From: Azolla caroliniana
Lineage: Eukaryota > Plantae > Polypodiophyta
Direction of reading: 5' to 3'
DNA length: 64,000 nucleotides
NCBI GenBank assembly: GCA_043228905.1
Contig: JBHGNT010000005.1
Span: 24,800,001-24,864,000 of the forward strand
Shown here: positions 1 to 12,549 of the stretch, piece by piece
Layout of the letters: each line of letters opens with the position of its first letter
Position numbering within the stretch: the first letter of the stretch is position 1
Translations under genes and position numbers: made by a program
The notes under the pieces: generated by a model
Told to the model about the DNA's origin: nothing
The model's input: only the letters and a program-made list of their open reading frames with translations
Databases searched by the model: none

Positions 1-1159
1 CTTTGGTCTCTGGCATACTCTTGTGTTGATATGGAGGGGTTCCGAATGGAGAGTCATGCTCAAATATTTATAGCCCATGGCAAAACCATTGATGTTCTTC
101 AAGATGTTATTACTTCAAATTATACATACATAAAGATAGTGTGCATGACTGTCTATGATCCATTTTGAAATGAATGCAAAGGAATTTCCTAGCACCTGAC
201 TCAGAAAAAACGTTCTACTGCATCCACCATTCGGTAACTCCCCACATGTGTGTGTGTGTGTGTTAAGAGATGGCAATTATAAGACATTGCATTCCTCATT
301 CTCACTTTACTATAAATGTTATTTTTATAGCTCCTACCTAATGCAATCTTGAGGTGACCTTGTACATATCCAACCTTCACTGGTTCTCTCTATCTTTCTA
401 GTCGTGACGTTTCTCATAGAACAAATTGAAAGCTGTCCTTTTATAATGTATCATCCACACTAATCATGTCCACACTCGTCCACCAGAAATTGAACACCCA
501 CAGCACCTATGTTCCTACAACATGGAATTAACACAGTTTCTTCTCCTTAAAGGTCAAATGACACTTGAGGATTTTACAAATGTCCAGCTACATTGGTCGT
601 GCACATATAATCTGTCCACCCACACTGGCCTTATAAACACATGCCAGCCAGTACACCATACATCCTTTCCAACTTTGTTAACTTAAGTTAGATCTCTCAC
701 ATTCTACATTTCCTTGCTTTGCTGAGGCACGCCCCATTAAATTATGAACCAAGAAAGACTGAAGACATCATGGCATGAAAGAGAACCAGTAAAACCACTA
801 GATTCAAGTCAGATCTCGCATTTTTCTCTCTCAATAAATTATTTTTATAATCAACAAAGAAATTTTCTCCATCGATAACCATTTTTTTTCTTCATCAGCA
901 AACTCTTTACCTCCATTAATAACCTCTGAGTAACAGGTTACATGTTTTCTCCGTGAATAACTAATTTTCAGCCATAACACAAGTGAACACAAGGGAATTG
1001 AACCTAACTCGCCCAAAGTCATAAGCGAAGCATAAAACGCGCAAAACAGAAATGAACTAGAAAGAAAGGAAGTATCATAAGAGAATACCGAACCAGAGGT
1101 AGAAATAAAACCAAAACATTTGAAGAGCAGGGTTAGGGCTCCACAAGAAGAAGACATAC

Positions 1160-1246
1160 CTGGAGCTGGATAGCGATGGCGAGAGGGTGGGAGGATAGAT
1201 CCATGGCGGAGGAGAGACAGAGATCGATTCGGTGAAGAAGAGCCAT
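1160..1246 (-). CDS. Possible first coding exon of an unidentified gene continuing leftwards (MALLHRIDLCLSSAMDLSSHPLAIAIQLQ)
   Basis: In-frame ATGs at 1246 and 1204 in CCATGG context, CT-rich leader, ends in a consensus donor CAG|GTATGT at 1160/1159, followed by AT-rich intron-like sequence. No recognisable homology. Confidence 0.35.
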
Positions 1247-1631
1247 GGATCTTTCCAGATGAATTGAAACAGAGACAGAGACAGCTCGCCCCTCGCTCTG
1301 GAGGGAAGAAGATCGTGCGCTGTCGCGCTGTCGTCTTTATGTTTTTGGCTTTTTGGCTTTTTGCTTTTTGCTTTTTGCTTTTGCCTTTTTGCGTTTCTTG
1401 TTCTTTTATTTTGGAGTTTTATTTTTCAGCTTTAATTCTTTCTAAGTTCCTATGTCCAGGTACATATTTCTTAGCTCTATTATATTATTCTCCTCATTTT
1501 TTCTCTGTTTTCCTGAACTATCACAATCCATTAGTTCTCCTACTGTTCGGTCATGTGTGTGGCTCGACACACAATAGAATGACCTTATCGCCGACTCGCC
1601 CAGCTCTTAGAGCACACAAGTTTCGGCACGT

Positions 1632-2149
1632 TGTCGTGAAGATTTCCGGCTATGGTGTGAAACCGGGGTGGAATGGGCAAATCGGTGATGTGCAACATGT
1701 GCACGTGTATACTAGGAAATGGTGTGTAGAAAGAAGAGGGGAATTTTATCCCACATTGTAAGGTCCCTCCCTCCTTGGGCTATAAAGGGAAGGGAGGGGT
1801 CACTTATGAGGTTGTTGCCTATTTTGAGGGAGAGAGGCATACCACTTAGGTCGAGGGTTTCCTATTTGGTTTTAGGGTTTCGGTTAAGGTTTTCTTCTTG
1901 GGTTTTCCTTTAGGGTTTTCTCATAGTCGTTTGGTGCAGCCATGGCGGCCACCATTGTAAAGCGTTTATGTTTCCTTAAGCTAACTTGTTGAGCATCTTG
2001 CCCCGTCTATTCAATGTTATTGTCTTATTCTTTCTCACCTCCTCTTGAGCTAAGCTTCCATTTTGTGTCTTATTCTTTCTCCTCTACTCCCTAGTCCAAG
2101 ACCCCTGTGGTCCTACCCCTTCCACACGCACACGCGTAACAACGCGACA
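1632..2149 (+). mobile_element. Solo-LTR-like element (518 bp)
   Basis: Starts TGTCGTG, ends CGCGACA. TATA-like CTATAAAG near 1780 followed by pyrimidine-rich tail. First ~32 nt closely match the element at 60146. Flanks ACGT/ACGC (imperfect 4-bp TSD). Confidence 0.6.
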
Positions 2150-3304
2150 ACGCTACCATACGTTACTTCAACTTAATCGAGCTCATCATTGATCTGCCCC
2201 AACTCCATGTGGAATGCATCGTCTTCAATGTTGCATTATCTTTTTACGTTTCTTGATTCAAGTGTTGGTTCCTATTAGTTGTGCCTCGGTTGGGATTTAC
2301 ATTATTGCCAGCTCGCAGAACTTTCAGAATGCAACGGTTTTCGTGTTGGCATGTTGTTAGCCTCAACTAATACTTTGCATCACTACTTAGTACTTACGAG
2401 TAACCTCTTTTTCAATGTTTTTCTTTGAATCTACAACTTTGATGGGCTTCCTTGCAGCCTCCCCTCCTCCAATGTTATTGTTAATGCTATTGTTTCTATT
2501 ACTTTGTCAATATGAACATTGAAACCTATCAAATTATGTCCCTCGATATTATTTCTCACGCACTTCCAATCAACTCAAGCATAAGCAATCACTCATGCTT
2601 TTACTTTGGAACAAAGTAATCAACTTCATAAGTTTAATTAATACATGGACACCAATACTATATTTACATGTAAGCATATAAGTCAAAAAATAGATTGAAA
2701 CAAGGCATTGCAACGTACAACACAAATGCTAAAGAATATTTGGCTTTGCAATTGACACTTTTTTTTTCCATAAAAAGTTATTCTCCATTGGTATTAAAAT
2801 TAGAGTGGCGAAAGTCAATATATAAAATAGTCCATTATTACAATGAATATTGTATACTCGTGCCGAATGGCCATAGCCAATCTTTCTAGGTAAAGCTAAG
2901 TAATATTTCTAGCCAATCTTGTTCATGTTCGGCATATCCAAGACCAATGTGTTCATCCAACAATCCCTTTCTTTCAATCTCAGCATGCATTTCACATCCC
3001 TTCTAAATTGCTCGTGTTGCTAACATAAACTTTCAAGATGCCCACAAAATTGAAAGCATTTGGTTGGATGCCTCTCTATGCTACATCTCGGCAAAGCTCT
3101 TACATGTTTCATCACCATAACCATGTTTTGCATATCCTGTTTTTATTTTAATTGGAAGATTGTTGAACACTCGTGTAAAATGTGATTACGGATTATTGGC
3201 CTTTATCAACGGATTCTACGCTATTGCAAGCTTTAAATCCAAAAATAAATGTTATTGCATCTAGAGACACTCCCTCAAGCTCTTTTCAAGTCCACCTAAG
3301 AACA

Positions 3305-3400
3305 ACCTTGTGGCAGCCACGACTTCAGAAACTTGTGGCCTTGTCGACCACAGAGGTAGAGTATATGGCAGTTGTAGAGGCCCACAAAAATATGTGTTGA
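3305..3400 (+). pseudogene. Copia RNase H remnant
   Basis: Translation WQPRLQKLVALSTTEVEYMAVVEA matches the Copia RNase H motif WxSxxQxxVALSTTEAEY. Confidence 0.75.
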
Positions 3401-3476
3401 ACCATGTATTACTCGACATTCCTTTAGTTTTTTATGCAATTTGATACCATCATATGGCATTCCACATCTCACATAA

Positions 3477-5149
3477 TGTTGGGAAACATGTCCCTCCAGA
3501 TGGGAAGTGAAGTACTGTGTTGGCGAGTATCTCGGCCGAGGCCAAAACCGAAATCGTTTCGGAAGGCTATAATTGTAAATAGTCTAAAATCCCCTTGTGG
3601 GCTATACTTGTAAATAGCTAGAAAGTTGCTTTTGTTTATAAGCAACTAGGGCAAACTTTAGTAAGCAAGTAGTCGATCATTATTGAAAAAGTTAGAACGA
3701 GGTAGTTGCCTCTGTAACAGTGAGCATGAGAGAGTGAGAGTGTAACTCTATAGCTGTCTCTCAGACGAAGGAGAACTCGAGGTCATTGCCTCTGAGTTCC
3801 ATACTTGTACTTCCTCTCTACTATAGGAATCTATTTTTCTCGGGGTTTGTGGACCCCCGTGGTTTTTCCCATTTTGGGTTTTCCACGTAAAACATTGGTG
3901 TCTTTGTGTATGCACGTTTTTCTTGTCTGCGTATTGGCTCTTGATTTCTGCACACGAACGTGTAACCGGTTGTGGCCGGTCGATTTTGAACAAAGTGGTA
4001 TTAGAGCGATGGAAGACTCGTTCGGCGGCATGTTTAAGCTAACCGGCTCCAACTACTCAGTGTGGAAGTCGAAGATGAGAGACATGCTCGTGTGCAAAGA
4101 CCTCTAGTTGCCAATGCAATTCGGAGATAAAAGACCAGACAAGATCGATGCAACGACTTGGGAAGTGTTGCATCTGAAGGCGGTTGCACATATAAGGTGT
4201 TTTATAGACATGAGTCTGTACAAAAACTTCGGGCGAAGAAATAGAAGCAAACGTCCTATGGAAGAAGATCAACGTCATGTTCGAAAACAAGAACGCCATG
4301 AACTGAGATTCGGTATTTTGAAAAATCGTGAGGCTCCGGTATCAAGATGGCTCCAGTATGGCGAAGCATATCAATGCCTTCCAAGGATTGATGAACCAAA
4401 CCACCTCTCTAGAAGTACCTCTAGCCGATGAGGTATTAGCATTACTGTTGTTGGGATCCCTTCCAGACAACTAGGAGATGCTCGTTGTCACATTGGGCAA
4501 TGCCGGATCATAAGGGAAGCATCTATCCCTAGAGCAGGTGAAGTCGAGCTTGCTGAATGAAGAAGCTCGCCGGAAGGACCGTGAGTCCAATACTGACCAG
4601 AAGGCCTTAGTCACAAAAGGTGACACGATTCGGGGAAGAGGCCGAAATCAAAGTCCCCAGAACCGAGATAAGTCAGGGACCAGGCTGAAGTTGAGGGGGA
4701 GACCGACGTGCTTCTACTGTGGGAAATCGGGGCACTTCCAGAAAAATTGTCGACACTTTCAAAAGGAGAAAAGGGGAGTTGATTGTGTAGAGCCGAAGAA
4801 AATCTCAGACAGAAAGAACACCTCAACAATCGTTGCAACTGAGGAGGAGTTGTTGCTCATCAGTGAGCAAAACGAAGTGAATCTTGCCGGCGAAGAATCG
4901 ACATGGCTGGTTGATTCAGGTGCGTCATTCCACCTAACCCCTGATCGAAAGTGCTTCTCATCCTACAGAGTCGAAGATCTCAGATCCGTAAAGATGGGAA
5001 ATGAAAGAGCATGCCGAATCTTTGGCATTGGAGATGTGTGCTTGGAAACCTCAACCGGGTGCAGACTCGTGTTGAGAGATGTAGGACACGTTCCAAAGGT
5101 TCGATTGAACCTAATATCAACTGGTCGGCTAGATGATGAAGGCTACATG
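3477..5149 (+). mobile_element. 3'-truncated Ty1/Copia element (5' LTR 3477-3992, PBS, degenerate gag-protease)
   Basis: TGTTGG...GAACA LTR; tRNA-Met PBS TGGTATTAGAGC at 3996-4007; gag ATG at 4009; zinc knuckle CFYCGKSGHFQKNC; protease WLVDSGASFH; stops and frameshifts. Homology to the 7023 element ends abruptly after GATGAAGGCTACATGG. Confidence 0.9.
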
Positions 5150-6164
5150 GACAACACGAAGATGTTGCTCATACTGTGAACAAAAACATGCTTCAATAGT
5201 GTAGAGTTCACTATTTTTCCAAAGAAATTATTCTTCATTAGTAGAACTTTGATGACTTTGAATTAGCTAAAACATTCTAACATGCTTGGCAAATTTCTTT
5301 ACTTCAACACCTGCTTCAGCTGCTGCATTTGTAGACACCAAACCTTCCATGATGCCCCTACAACTGTTTTCTTCAACATGTGTGTACAACAAGCTATTAT
5401 TTCCTCGAAGAGAGAAAGTATAATCTTGTATTGCAGTTTGAAACAGGTTGTTCACAACTTCTACACTTTGAATAAACGCGGTGCAGTCATGCCAACGGTT
5501 CCCACCAAAATCATCTACTTATAACAACAAAATGATATTGTGTGCTCATTTCCTCAATAAAATATGCTTCGACCCCAACACCATCTTCACTCATCCTTAT
5601 CACAAAACAAAAAACTACTTCATTTAGACCGCATCAACCATCTTGTCAATTACCACCAAGGTCCTGTAAAAACAACAACAAAATGAGTGACAACAACAAA
5701 TGAGTTAAAAAAAGGTTCCTCACCTTCTCATGATAATCCGCTTCAACTCCCACACCATCATCACTCATCTTGATAAAAAAACAGAAAATTGGCTTCCTCA
5801 AGTCCACACCAACCGTTTCGTTGTCGCCGATTATCACCAACATATTATACTTGCAAAAACAACATGAGTGTACTCTCTACCTCTCTTTATGAAAATCTGC
5901 TCAACCTGGCCAACATCATCACTCATCCTTATCAAAACTACAACATCTACTTCATTGGCAGCAACAAACATCTTGGAGATTACCACCAAAAGCGTCTTGT
6001 ATTAAAATACCCTTCCTATGTGTCGCAACCACCCCCTCCATGTTGACTCATGTTGTTTGCTCTAAGAACGACGCCTGTGGTGGGAACAACCAACAAGGTG
6101 GTACATTGTTCCACCTAACATCAGCGCCTACATCCAACATGATAGGAATAGATGACCAAAATCG

Positions 6165-6485
6165 TCAAATTCTCCTTCTTTTCCGATTAGTTGTGTTTCC
6201 AAATCCCTTATAATTGTCATAATCACCTTTAATCATATGTACCAATAAGTCCCAAAAAGACTTAACCTGATCCACAACGTGAGTGTTTTCATCATTGTAA
6301 AGCTTGGAACACCTAGCTTTCCAAAGAACCCATAAAGCCAAAGAGGAGACAATCTGCCAAACATAACTCCGCGAGAAGAACTCGTTTCCCTGCAAGGAAC
6401 TTGAAATAGCATATACCTCAAAATTTCTCACATGTAAAGTCAATGAAGAATGATGACAATGATAAAAGGACATTTGTTGATCCAA
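6165..6485 (-). mobile_element. LINE ORF2 C-terminal remnant
   Basis: WQIVSSLALWVLWKARC resembles the W-x-IWKxRN motif downstream of zf-RVT in plant L1 ORF2. Confidence 0.6.
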
Positions 6486-7022
6486 CCTTCCAATAAGGCC
6501 ATTTGCAATCTACACATTAAACTAATACATAATAGGTTCGACCTTAAAGACATTGATCTGAAGGGCTTTATAGTTCTGCAACGCCAAATTGGAGCCTTTG
6601 TGTGAAGCTTCTAGATAAGGGTAGTTGTAATGTTCACATGAAAGGTTTATGTTATATACTATGAGATTGGGATTGTGTGAGACCTAAAAACTCTATGCCA
6701 TAGAATAGTCATATTATTACGTGCATAATAATAACTAAACATGAGATAGTTTTTACAAGTATGTGTGGGCCAATTCCAATAGGAACGAGGGTATGAATTG
6801 AATTATAATTCTATGGATTGAGATAACTAGTAAGTGTCTTTCACTTGATTGGTTAACATGTAATGAGTGAATGTAAGCACACTAGAGCCTCAGGTTTCTA
6901 CATGTATAAGAAGGCTACCTAGCTTATTCCCGAGGGGAGGCTTGACTTACATTGAGACTATGTCAATTTGGCTATGGCTCTTATTAGCTAGGCACGTGCA
7001 ATCTTCGTAAAACCCAAGGTAT

Positions 7023-7315
7023 TGTTAGGAATTCGGTCCCTTCGGATGGGATCTGGATGAGAACCAGAGGAGCCGGATCGGACGAGTCGGATGAAGGAAC
7101 CGGATCCGGAAGGGTTCCGGATGAGACCCGAAAACCGGATCAAGTGAATCCGGATGGATCCGGTTCAAAACGGATCAAAGGACATATGTGTAAATATGTT
7201 TCATGGTTAGCCTATTGAGATTATATTTGTAAATAGCCCAAAAGTCATATAAGTATAAATATGACTTAGGGCAATCACTTCATATATGGTTGTTGTGGGA
7301 TGTTGTTGTATATTG

Positions 7316-7348
<33 letters not shown>

Positions 7349-10300
7349 GATACAGAACTAGTTTTCTGTTGTAATCGCCGGTTTGGCGAAGACATAGAGC
7401 TCGAGGTCGTTGCCTCTGAGTTTCACATTGTATTCCTCCTCTCATAGTGATAATTGGAGTCTGTGAGCTCCCGTGGTTTTTTCCCATTTAAGGTTTTCCA
7501 CGTTAACATTCTGTGTCATCTTTGTTTTAGTTTGTTCTCTTCTATTCCTTGTTGAAGACTCGGTTGTGGCCGAGCGTTATTTCCGCACAAACTAGTATAA
7601 GAGCAAATAAAGGAAATGGAAGAATCATTCGGCGGCATGTTTAAGCTCACCGGCTCCAACTGCCCAATGTTGAAGTCGAAGATGAGGGACACGCTCGTGG
7701 TCAAAGATCTCTGGCTACCGGTACAGTTCGGGGACAAGAAACTAGATAAGATCGATGTCGCGACATGGGAGGTGATGCACATGAAGACAATGGTGTACAT
7801 CCGGTGCTTCATCGACATGAGCCTATATAACAACTTCAATGAAGAAGGTAAAGCTCATGTGCTCTAGGAGAAAATCGGCACCATGTTAGAGAGTAAAAAC
7901 ATCGTAAATCGTGTTTCGGTATTCCAGAAGTTAGTGAGACTTTGGTACCATGACGGATCCAGCATGGCAACGCACATGATTTTAGGGGCTCATAAACCAA
8001 AGAACTTCGCTCGAAGTACCTCGAGCCGATGAGGTACTTGCATTGCTCTTGCTTGGTTCCCTCCCGGATAGTTGTCACTTTGGGCAACGCCGGGCCGGAA
8101 GGAAAGCAGTTGTCCCTAGCAAGGGTAAAATCAAGCTTGCTAGATGAAGAAGCTCCCTGAAAGGACCGGGAGTCCGGAACCGATCTGAAGGCCTTGGTCA
8201 CGCTAGATGACCATTATTGGGGAAGAAACCGGTACTGGAGTCCCCATAACCAGGAAAAGTCAGGGACTAGGTCGAAGTCAAGGGGGAGGCCTACTTGCTT
8301 CTAATGTTGGAAGCCGGGGCACTTCCAGAAGAACTGTCGGCATATTCGGAAAGAGAAAGGAACCAACAGTGCCGATTCAAAGAAGTATTCGGACCGGAAT
8401 GGCTCAGATCGGAAGGTGTTGGGGACAAAGGCCGTGTCGATGCGGAAGATCAAATAGCATTCGATTCTGTTGAGTACCTGCGTATGACAGTTTGCAAGAT
8501 CGTGCACAGAGACAGAGACAGAGAGAGAGACACACACACACAAAAGACTCTTTATTCAATAGAAAAGAATAATACAACCAACCTTACAAAAAGGTTACAA
8601 GGTCACTTTATATAGTGACCGACTTAGGGCAACTACCATTTATGCTAATTACACAAATGGCCCAAACTTGATCTATACAAAGAGATAGTGTGAATACGTT
8701 CATTATACACTTGTATTCGACAGAAGGGAACATCGACAATCGTGACAAGTGAAGAAGAACTGATGCTCATCACCGAGGAGAATGAGTTAAACCTTGTCGG
8801 CGACGAGACAATGTGGGTTGTCGATTCTGGTGCATCGTTCCACCTGACACTGGACCGAAGATGCTTCTCATCCTACATAGTCGAAGATCACGGTTGTGTC
8901 CGGATGGGGAATGAAGGTACTTGCCGAATCGTCATCATTGGACATGTGTGGTTGACGACATCAACCGGGTGCAAGTTGCTGCTGAAGGATGTTTGACATG
9001 TTTCGGAGGTTCGGTTGAACTTGATATCAACCAGTCGGCTAGATGATGAAGGCTACATGGGTAGCATCCGGAATGGAGTCATGAAATTCAGCAAAGGAAG
9101 CTGGATTGTGGCTCAAGCCCGGAAGATCAACATGTTGTACTTGATGCAGGCCCAGACAGACCAGGAAGAAGTGAACGTAGCATCTGACACTATCGGTGAG
9201 CTGTGACACAAGAGTCTGTGTCATACGAGGTAGAAGGGGATGAGAAGACTTGCCGAAGACAACCTCATTCTGGAGGTGAAAGACGTGCATCTTGAGAAGT
9301 GTACCAATTGCTTGGTCGGAAAGCAAAACCAAACCTCCTTCCAGTCAAGATCACCAATCAGACGGAATGCACCATTGGAACTGGTGCATACCGATGTGTG
9401 TCAAGTGGACACGAAGTCACATGTTGGATCGCAATACTTCATGAAGTTCATAGAAGACCAAAGTCGGAAGTTGTGGGTCTCACCGTTGAAGACGAAGGAT
9501 CAAGTGTTGTTCGTCTTCAAGGAGCTCCACGCGAGAGTGGAAAGAGAAACCGGCTGGAAGCTGAAGGCGGTTCAAGCAGATAATGGAGGAGAATATCAGG
9601 GGCAGTTCGAGGAGTACTATCAGTCGAAGGGAATCCGAATCGAATTCACCATGCCGAAGACGCCGGAATTGAAAGAGTTGGCTGAACGGATGAATTGGAC
9701 CATAATGGAGAGAGTTTGGAGCATGCTAGCACATGCCAAGCTACCGAAGACATTTTGGGTTGAGGCGTTGATGACAGCGACGTATGTGATAAACAGATCA
9801 CCCTCAACACCCTTGGACGGAGACACACCACAGAGAGTATGGACCGGTAAAGACGTGTCTTACCGACATCTGAAGGTGTTCAGATGTCTCGCATATGTGC
9901 ATATTGTAAAGGACAAGAGAGCAATGTTGGATCTGAAATCCCGGCCCTGCATATTCCTTGGATACGACGATGATGAGTTTGGTTATCGAGTGTGGGACCT
10001 AGTCGACAAGAAGGTGTTCCAGAGTCGGGATATAGTCTTCATGGAAGACAGGACCATTCCCAATTGGGAGTCGGAGAAGAAGGTGAAGAACTTCGGATTA
10101 TCCAATGAAAACCGGTTTGAGGACACAAGAACCTACCCGGTTGAAAACCGAAAGTTAGCCGGCAACAGATTAACACTCAATGAACCTGCCGGATTCGGAC
10201 AACAAACTGAACCGATCGAAGAAGAAGAAGAAGAAGAAGAAGGAGACACCGTAACCAGACAAGCCCCCGAATCAGATTCGGATGAAGAACAAACGGAGGA

Positions 10301-12266
10301 ACCGGTAGTTGAAGACCAAAGACGAAGATACCCCCTCAGGGAGAGAAGAGCCCCCTGAAGATTTCCGGATGCAGAGCACGTATTGCTGACCGATGAGGGG
10401 GAGCCGGAAAGATTCGAAGAAGCAAAGAAAGACACCCACAACCGCAAGTAGTTGAGTGTTATGCAGGACGAGATGGATTCCTTGCATGAGAACCACACAT
10501 ACAAACTGACGGAGTTGCCGAAAGGAAAGAGGGCACTCCGGAATAAGTGGGTGTACAAACTAAAACCGGGAGACACCGGAAATCCACCAAGGTACAAGGC
10601 CCGGATCGTGGTGAAGGGTTTTCAACAGAAGAAAGGAGTGGATTTCGAAGAGATCTTTGCCTCGGTAATTAAGATGACTTCCATCCGGACGGTGCTGAGC
10701 ATAGCGGCAAGCATGTACCTCGAGGTAGAGCAACTAAATGCCAAAACGGCATTCCTCCATGGTGACCTCGAAGAAGAAATCTACATGCAGGAACCGGAAG
10801 GATTTGTGGAGAGAGGGAAGGAGCACCTGGTTTGCCGGCTGAAGAAGAGCTTATACGGATTGAAGCAAGCCCCCCGACAATGGTACCGGAAGTTCGACTC
10901 CTTCATGACAGATCAAGGGTACCACAAGACGCAAGCCGATCACTGCGTGTTTGTGAAGAAATTTGACGGAGGAGATTTCTTGATATGCTCCTGTACGTGG
11001 ATGACATGTTGATCATCGGACGAGACCAAGTCAAGATATGAATGCTAAAGAAGGCCCTAAACCGGACCTTCTCAATGAAAGACTTGGGTCCAGCAAGACA
11101 GATTTTGGGGATGCACATAATCCGGGACCGGTCGGAGAAGTTGTTGTGGTTGTCACAGGAGAAGTGCGTGACAAAGGTGCTTCAAAGGTTCAACATGTCG
11201 GAGGCGAAACCGGTCGGATCGACACTTTTGGCAAATTGCAAGTGGTCTGGAAAGCAGAGCCCGAAGACAAAGGCAGAGAAGTCGAATATGACGAAGATAC
11301 CATATGCCTCTGTTGTCGGAAGCTTAATGTACGCAATGGTGTGCACCCAGCCGAATATTGCATATGATGTCAGAGTAGTCAACCGGTTCATCAGCAATCC
11401 CGAAAAAGAGCTTTGGAACGCGACCAAGTGGATACTCTGGTATCTGAAAGGCACCTCGAGTATGTACCTCCAGTTTGGCTCTGGTAAACCCCAACTTGAC
11501 GGATTCACGGATTCGAATATGTCGGCTGATGTGGATACCAACCGGTCTACATCCGAATATGTCATGACTTATGCAGGGGGAGTTGTATCATGGCAATCGA
11601 GCCTGTAGAAGTCTATTTCATTGTCGACAACGGAAGCGGAGTACATGGCAATTGTGGAAGCTAGCAAGGAGTTAATCTGGATGAAGGACTTCATCAGAGA
11701 CCTAGGGACCTAGTAGGAGGAAATCCAACTCTACTGCGACAGTCAAAGTGCCATCCACCTTGCGAAGAATACAGCCTACCATTCTCAAATGAAGCACATC
11801 CGACGAAGGTATCACTCGATCCAGGAGAGAGTAGAAAATCAAGACTTTGTGCTGATGAAGATCCACACGAAGGAGAACAAATCGGATATGCTAACCAAGG
11901 TGGTGTCAGCTGACAAATTGGACACGTCTCGGATTAACGAGAAATCCCATGCTGGAGTGAAGGGGGAGTTTGTTAAGAATTCGGTCCCTCTGGATGGGAT
12001 CTGGATGAGAATCGGAGGAGCTGGATCGGACGAGTCGGATGAAGGAACCGGATCCGGAAGGGTTCCGGATGAGACCCGGAAACCGAATCAAGTGAATCCG
12101 GATGGATCCGGTTCAATCCGGATCGAAGGACATATGTGTAAATATGTTTCATGGTTAGCCTATTGAGGTTATATTTGTAAATAGCCCAAAAGTCATATAA
12201 GTATAAATATGACTTAGGGCAATCACTTCATATATGGTTGTTGTGGGATGTTGTTGTATATTGTTG

Positions 12267-12311
<45 letters not shown>

Positions 12312-12549
12312 ACAGAACTAGTTTTCTGTTGTAACCGCCGGTTTGGCGAAGACATAGAGCTCGAGGTCGTTGCCTCTGAGTCTCACATTGTATTCCTCCT
12401 CTCATAGTGATAGTTGGAGTCCATGGGCTCCTGTGGTTTTTTCCCATTTAGGGTTTTCCACGTTAACATTCTGTGTCATCTCTGTTTTAGTTTGTTCTCT
12501 TCTATTCCTTGTTGAAGACTCGGTTGTGGCCAAGGGTTATTGGCGCACA
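7023..12549 (+). mobile_element. Full-length but decayed Ty1/Copia LTR retrotransposon (LTRs 7023-7589 and 11971-12549)
   Basis: TG..CA LTR pair about 95% identical by eye; perfect 5-bp TSD GGTAT on both sides; degenerate PBS at ~7591-7604; PPT GGAGTGAAGGGGGAG before 11971. gag, protease (VDSGASFH), integrase (9240-10358), RT (10452-) and RNase H lie in Copia order with many stops and frameshifts. Confidence 0.96.
8417..8722 (-). mobile_element. Solo LTR (306 bp) nested in the gag-protease region of the 7023 Copia
   Basis: TGTTGG...TTCGACA termini with perfect 5-bp TSD GAAGG (8412-8416 and 8723-8727). Host gag homology to the 3477 element resumes right after it. Orientation inferred from TTTATATAG and composition. 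Confidence 0.85.

Noticed and set aside
1264-1761. 165-aa hydrophobic ORF
   Set aside because: Non-ATG start, derived from a (TTTTGC)n tract and running into a solo LTR.
5150-6050. Coding-looking sequence and an ~80-bp direct repeat after the truncated Copia
   Set aside because: No family motif recognised and frames are broken; cannot be assigned.
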